A stretch of 64,000 bases of DNA. Origin: Elusimicrobiota bacterium. GTDB taxonomy: Bacteria; Elusimicrobiota; Elusimicrobia; UBA1565; UBA9628. A program made the position numbers and the translations under genes. The notes beneath the pieces are model-generated. The model was not told where the DNA came from and searched no databases. It worked only from the letters and a program-made list of their open reading frames with translations. Where the stretch lies: contig JACRDN010000011.1 of assembly GCA_016218575.1 (NCBI GenBank), positions 12,209 through 76,208 on the forward strand. The letters are read 5' to 3'. This document shows positions 61,473 to 64,000 of the stretch, in pieces (the stretch's first letter is position 1; every line of letters starts with the position of its first letter).

Positions 61473-62714
61473 ATGATGAAGAAAATTTCCTTGGCGGCGG
61501 CATTGGCGTTGATCGGGCAAAGCGTCTCGGCCACTGAGTGGCACGTATTCGGAGCCCGGGCGATGGGGATGGGGACGGCGGGCGTGGCCATGGGCCAGGG
61601 AGGCGTCGGCTCTTATTGGAACCCGGCCGGGCTAGGCCAGGTAGAAAACCCCTCGGGGCTTCAAGTCCCGGTGAGCGCCCACGCCGAGATCACCGGCACC
61701 ATGATCGAGGGCGCCAACGACTTAAACCAGCTCGGCAAGGACTGTCAGGCGGGAGCGGCCACCTGCACCACGGCCAACATCAACGCGGCCTTGAACAAGT
61801 TCGCGGCCCCCGAGAGCGGCATCCGGGCCGACGTGGGGGTGGGCGCCAGCGTCAAGATCAAGAAAGTCGTGGTCTTCGTCAACAATTTCGCCTACGCCGG
61901 CGGCATCCCGGTGGCCGACACCGTCAACACCGGCGCCACGGCTCTTCTCCAGAACCAGAACAACTCGAAAATCATCCTGCGAGGGCTCTCCGTCACCGAG
62001 ATCGGCGTGGGCTACGGGAGGGAAGTGCCCTTCCTCCCGGGACTTCTCATTGGAGCCAACCTCAAGGGCTTGGTGGGAAAGGCCGCCTACTACGATCTCT
62101 TCGTCCTGCGCACCGACGCCGGAACCTCGGGAGCCTTCAAGAATTTCCTGAGCGGCGCCAAGCAAAGCTTCCAGCCGGGCGTGGACGTGGGCGCCTTGTG
62201 GGACATGAACAAAACCTTCGCGGTCCTGCCCATGAGGCCTCGCGTCGGCATCACGGCCCACAACATCAATAATCCCAAGTTCACCCAGCCCGACCAGGCG
62301 AAAAACGCCGGAGAGAGGGACCACGTTTCCCTGCAGGGCAACGTGCGCGCCGGAGCCGCCATCAGCCCCCTCCACTTCTGGAACATCGCGGCCGACCTGG
62401 ATCTCACGAGGAACCTCACGCCGGTCAATGGCGTCGCCTCCCGGAATTTCGGCCTCGGGACCGAGATCAACGTCTTCAACCGCTCCTGGCTCAACATCCC
62501 CCTGCGCGTGGGCATCACCAGGAACCTAGCCAACAGCGCGGCCAAGACCTCGCTTACGGGCGGCTTCGGGCTAAATTTCCTGCACGTCATCGTGGACCTG
62601 GGCGCTGCGGTGAGCCCCACCACGGTGACCGTTCAGAGCCAGGGCAGCTCCCAGAAATTCCCCAACAACGTGAGCGCGGCCGGCCAGGTCGCGATCATGT
62701 TCGGGGGAGCTTAA
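61473..62714 (+). CDS. Outer-membrane beta-barrel protein, TraF-like (PF13729-type) family
   Basis: Start trimmed to ATG 61473, giving the signal peptide MMKKISLAAALALIGQSVSA. GARAMGMGTAGVAMGQGGVGSYWNPAGLG is the family's N-terminal hallmark. Alternating beta-strand pattern to the C-terminus. Confidence 0.6.
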   Translation: MMKKISLAAALALIGQSVSATEWHVFGARAMGMGTAGVAMGQGGVGSYWNPAGLGQVENPSGLQVPVSAHAEITGTMIEGANDLNQLGKDCQAGAATCTTANINAALNKFAAPESGIRADVGVGASVKIKKVVVFVNNFAYAGGIPVADTVNTGATALLQNQNNSKIILRGLSVTEIGVGYGREVPFLPGLLIGANLKGLVGKAAYYDLFVLRTDAGTSGAFKNFLSGAKQSFQPGVDVGALWDMNKTFAVLPMRPRVGITAHNINNPKFTQPDQAKNAGERDHVSLQGNVRAGAAISPLHFWNIAADLDLTRNLTPVNGVASRNFGLGTEINVFNRSWLNIPLRVGITRNLANSAAKTSLTGGFGLNFLHVIVDLGAAVSPTTVTVQSQGSSQKFPNNVSAAGQVAIMFGGA

Positions 62715-62720
62715 AACCGT

Positions 62721-63596
62721 CTAGTCCTTCGCCAGCTCCTGAATCGCCGCGGCCAGCTTCTCGACGAGCTTGGCCATCGCCTCGTAGTCCAGGCGCTCGT
62801 GGGTATCGGTCAACAGGTGGTAGTGGGGGTTGCGGTAAAACGCGGTGTCCGTCACCATGACGGCCGGCCAGCCCTGCTTCCAGAAATTACGGTGGTCCGA
62901 GAAATCCACCCCCGGCACGAAGGCCGGCAGGGAGGCGGCCTCGATGGGAAGGGCCGGCTTGCGCCTCAAAGAGCCCTTGAGGCGGGCCAGAAATTTTTTG
63001 GACCTGCGGTCGCCTATCAAGGAAATGAAGTTCCCGCGCTTGGGGTAGAAGTACTTTAGAAATGGCGGGTAGCTTTGGGATTCCCGCTCCCTGCGGTAAT
63101 AGCCGATCATCTCGAGGCAAATCATGCCCTTGACTTCCACGCGGCCCGCTCTCAAGCGGGCCGCGACATGATGGCTTCCCATGTCCTCGGTCCCGTAGTA
63201 AGGCTCCTCCTCTGTCCCGAAAGCCGCGAACAGGATAGAGGCCTGCGGCCGGGCTTTCCTGAGCAGGCGCGAAAGCTCGAGAAGCCCGGCGACTCCGCTT
63301 GCGTTATCATCGGCCCCCGGCGTTCCCTCGGCCGAGTCATAATGGGCGCCGATCACCAAAATCGGAGCACCGGGCGCGCTTCCCTGGAGCAACGCCGTGA
63401 TGTTGTGGTACGTCCGCTCCCCGGCCTCGTAGGCCTCGAGCTCGGGCTTGTAGCCGTAGGCCGCGAATTTCCCGCGCACGTAGTCTCGGGCCGCGGCGAG
63501 CGCCGCCGGGCGCGAGGCGTTGCGCTCCCCGATGCGGGAGGACAAAGTCACCACGTGGGCTCGAAGAAGCTCGGCCAAGGCTAAGGCGGTGAGCAT
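62721..63596 (-). CDS. M28-family zinc aminopeptidase
   Basis: Start trimmed to ATG 63596, 2 nt after the upstream stop. ILVIGAHYDSAEGTPGADDNASGVAGLLELSRLL, FAAFGTEE, DHRNFW. Confidence 0.8.
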   Translation of the reverse strand: MLTALALAELLRAHVVTLSSRIGERNASRPAALAAARDYVRGKFAAYGYKPELEAYEAGERTYHNITALLQGSAPGAPILVIGAHYDSAEGTPGADDNASGVAGLLELSRLLRKARPQASILFAAFGTEEEPYYGTEDMGSHHVAARLRAGRVEVKGMICLEMIGYYRRERESQSYPPFLKYFYPKRGNFISLIGDRRSKKFLARLKGSLRRKPALPIEAASLPAFVPGVDFSDHRNFWKQGWPAVMVTDTAFYRNPHYHLLTDTHERLDYEAMAKLVEKLAAAIQELAKD

Positions 63597-63598
63597 GG

Positions 63599-64000
63599 TC
63601 AAAAGGGCTGGGAGTAGCGGCGCAGAAGCCACAGCGCCAAGCTCCCGAAAAATAGGTTGGCAATCCAAGCCGCCAGGCTCGGCGCCAAGGCCCCGGCCTG
63701 GCCCAAGGTCTTGCCGATCTCGATGAACCAAAGGTAGAAAAACGAGAGCGCCATGGCCGCGCAAAAACTGACGATCCGGGGGCTTTTGTGCAGGCGCAGG
63801 GCCAGGGGAATTCCCAGGGCGCAGATCACGATGTTGACGAAGGGATAGGCAAGCTTGCCGTGAGAGGCCACCTCGAGCTCGCGGGCCTCGACTCCGATGA
63901 GATTCATGTGCTTGCGGTAGCTGCGTATCTCGCGCAGGCTCATCTCGTCGGCATTGCGGGTCCTGGGAATGAGCTGGCGCGGCGGGATGGAAAGCCCCGA
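63599..64000 (-). CDS. LptF/LptG-family LPS export permease, C-terminal part (5' end beyond the window)
   Basis: LAYPFVNIVICALGIPLALRL...FFYLWFIEIGKTLGQAGALAPSLAAWIANLFFGSLALWLL is the typical YjgP/YjgQ C-terminus. The frame stays open to the window edge. Confidence 0.8.
   Translation of the reverse strand, partial: SGLSIPPRQLIPRTRNADEMSLREIRSYRKHMNLIGVEARELEVASHGKLAYPFVNIVICALGIPLALRLHKSPRIVSFCAAMALSFFYLWFIEIGKTLGQAGALAPSLAAWIANLFFGSLALWLLRRYSQPF

Overview
High-GC bacterial chromosomal window of Gram-negative type: LptF/G, Wzm/Wzt and an outer-membrane barrel protein are present. It is densely coded, with many 4-nt ATGA/GTGA start-stop overlaps.

Layout:
- 1-22.5 kb: one long minus-strand ABC-transporter-dependent glycan (O-antigen or capsule-like) operon. 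It runs wecB, wzm, wzt, methyltransferases, three SDR enzymes, a domain-swapped HldE-like enzyme, a split transketolase, a Zn-ADH, a HAD-kinase fusion, an SGNH hydrolase, an aminotransferase, a WbuC cupin, GT2, an AsnB-like amidotransferase and GT4.
- 22.6-29.8 kb: secreted and accessory proteins (metallophosphoesterase, cNMP-binding protein, NagZ, HEAT-repeat protein, pentapeptide-repeat protein, one orphan).
- 30.0-38.2 kb: plus-strand housekeeping operon rsmI-tsaC-ywlE-glyA-mtnP-add-cdd-accB-accC-gmhA-hldC.
- 38.25-39.23 kb: a low-GC single-gene cassette flanked by 66-67 bp direct repeats. Each repeat starts with a 39-nt palindrome whose arms are DnaA-box 9-mers. A third, solo palindrome lies at 47.9 kb inside a 17-bp inverted repeat.
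- 39.25-50.2 kb: minus-strand pcrA, then gatC-TPR-gatA-NUDIX-gatB-(giant NHL/transglutaminase/TPR protein)-small secreted protein.
- 50.2-55.4 kb: GltP-type symporter, S1/P1-like nuclease, and a lower-GC islet ending at tRNA-Arg(GCG) that carries a YoeB toxin remnant.
- 55.4-64 kb: GT4, rlmD-like, ychF, a large secreted HExxH protein with a TraF-like OM barrel, an M28 peptidase and lptF/G (partial).

I found no rRNA, CRISPR array, integrase, transposase or recognisable defence system. I cannot point to one clear novel multi-gene system.

The most unusual signals are:
- the repeat-bracketed low-GC cassette and its palindrome family;
- the predicted NDP-heptose branch (transketolase / permuted HldE) of the glycan operon;
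- a pervasive promoter-abuts-start-codon (leaderless) architecture, including a 21-bp divergent intergenic region with a shared palindromic -10;
- the tRNA-associated islet.

All functional calls come from motif recognition by eye. No searches were run.
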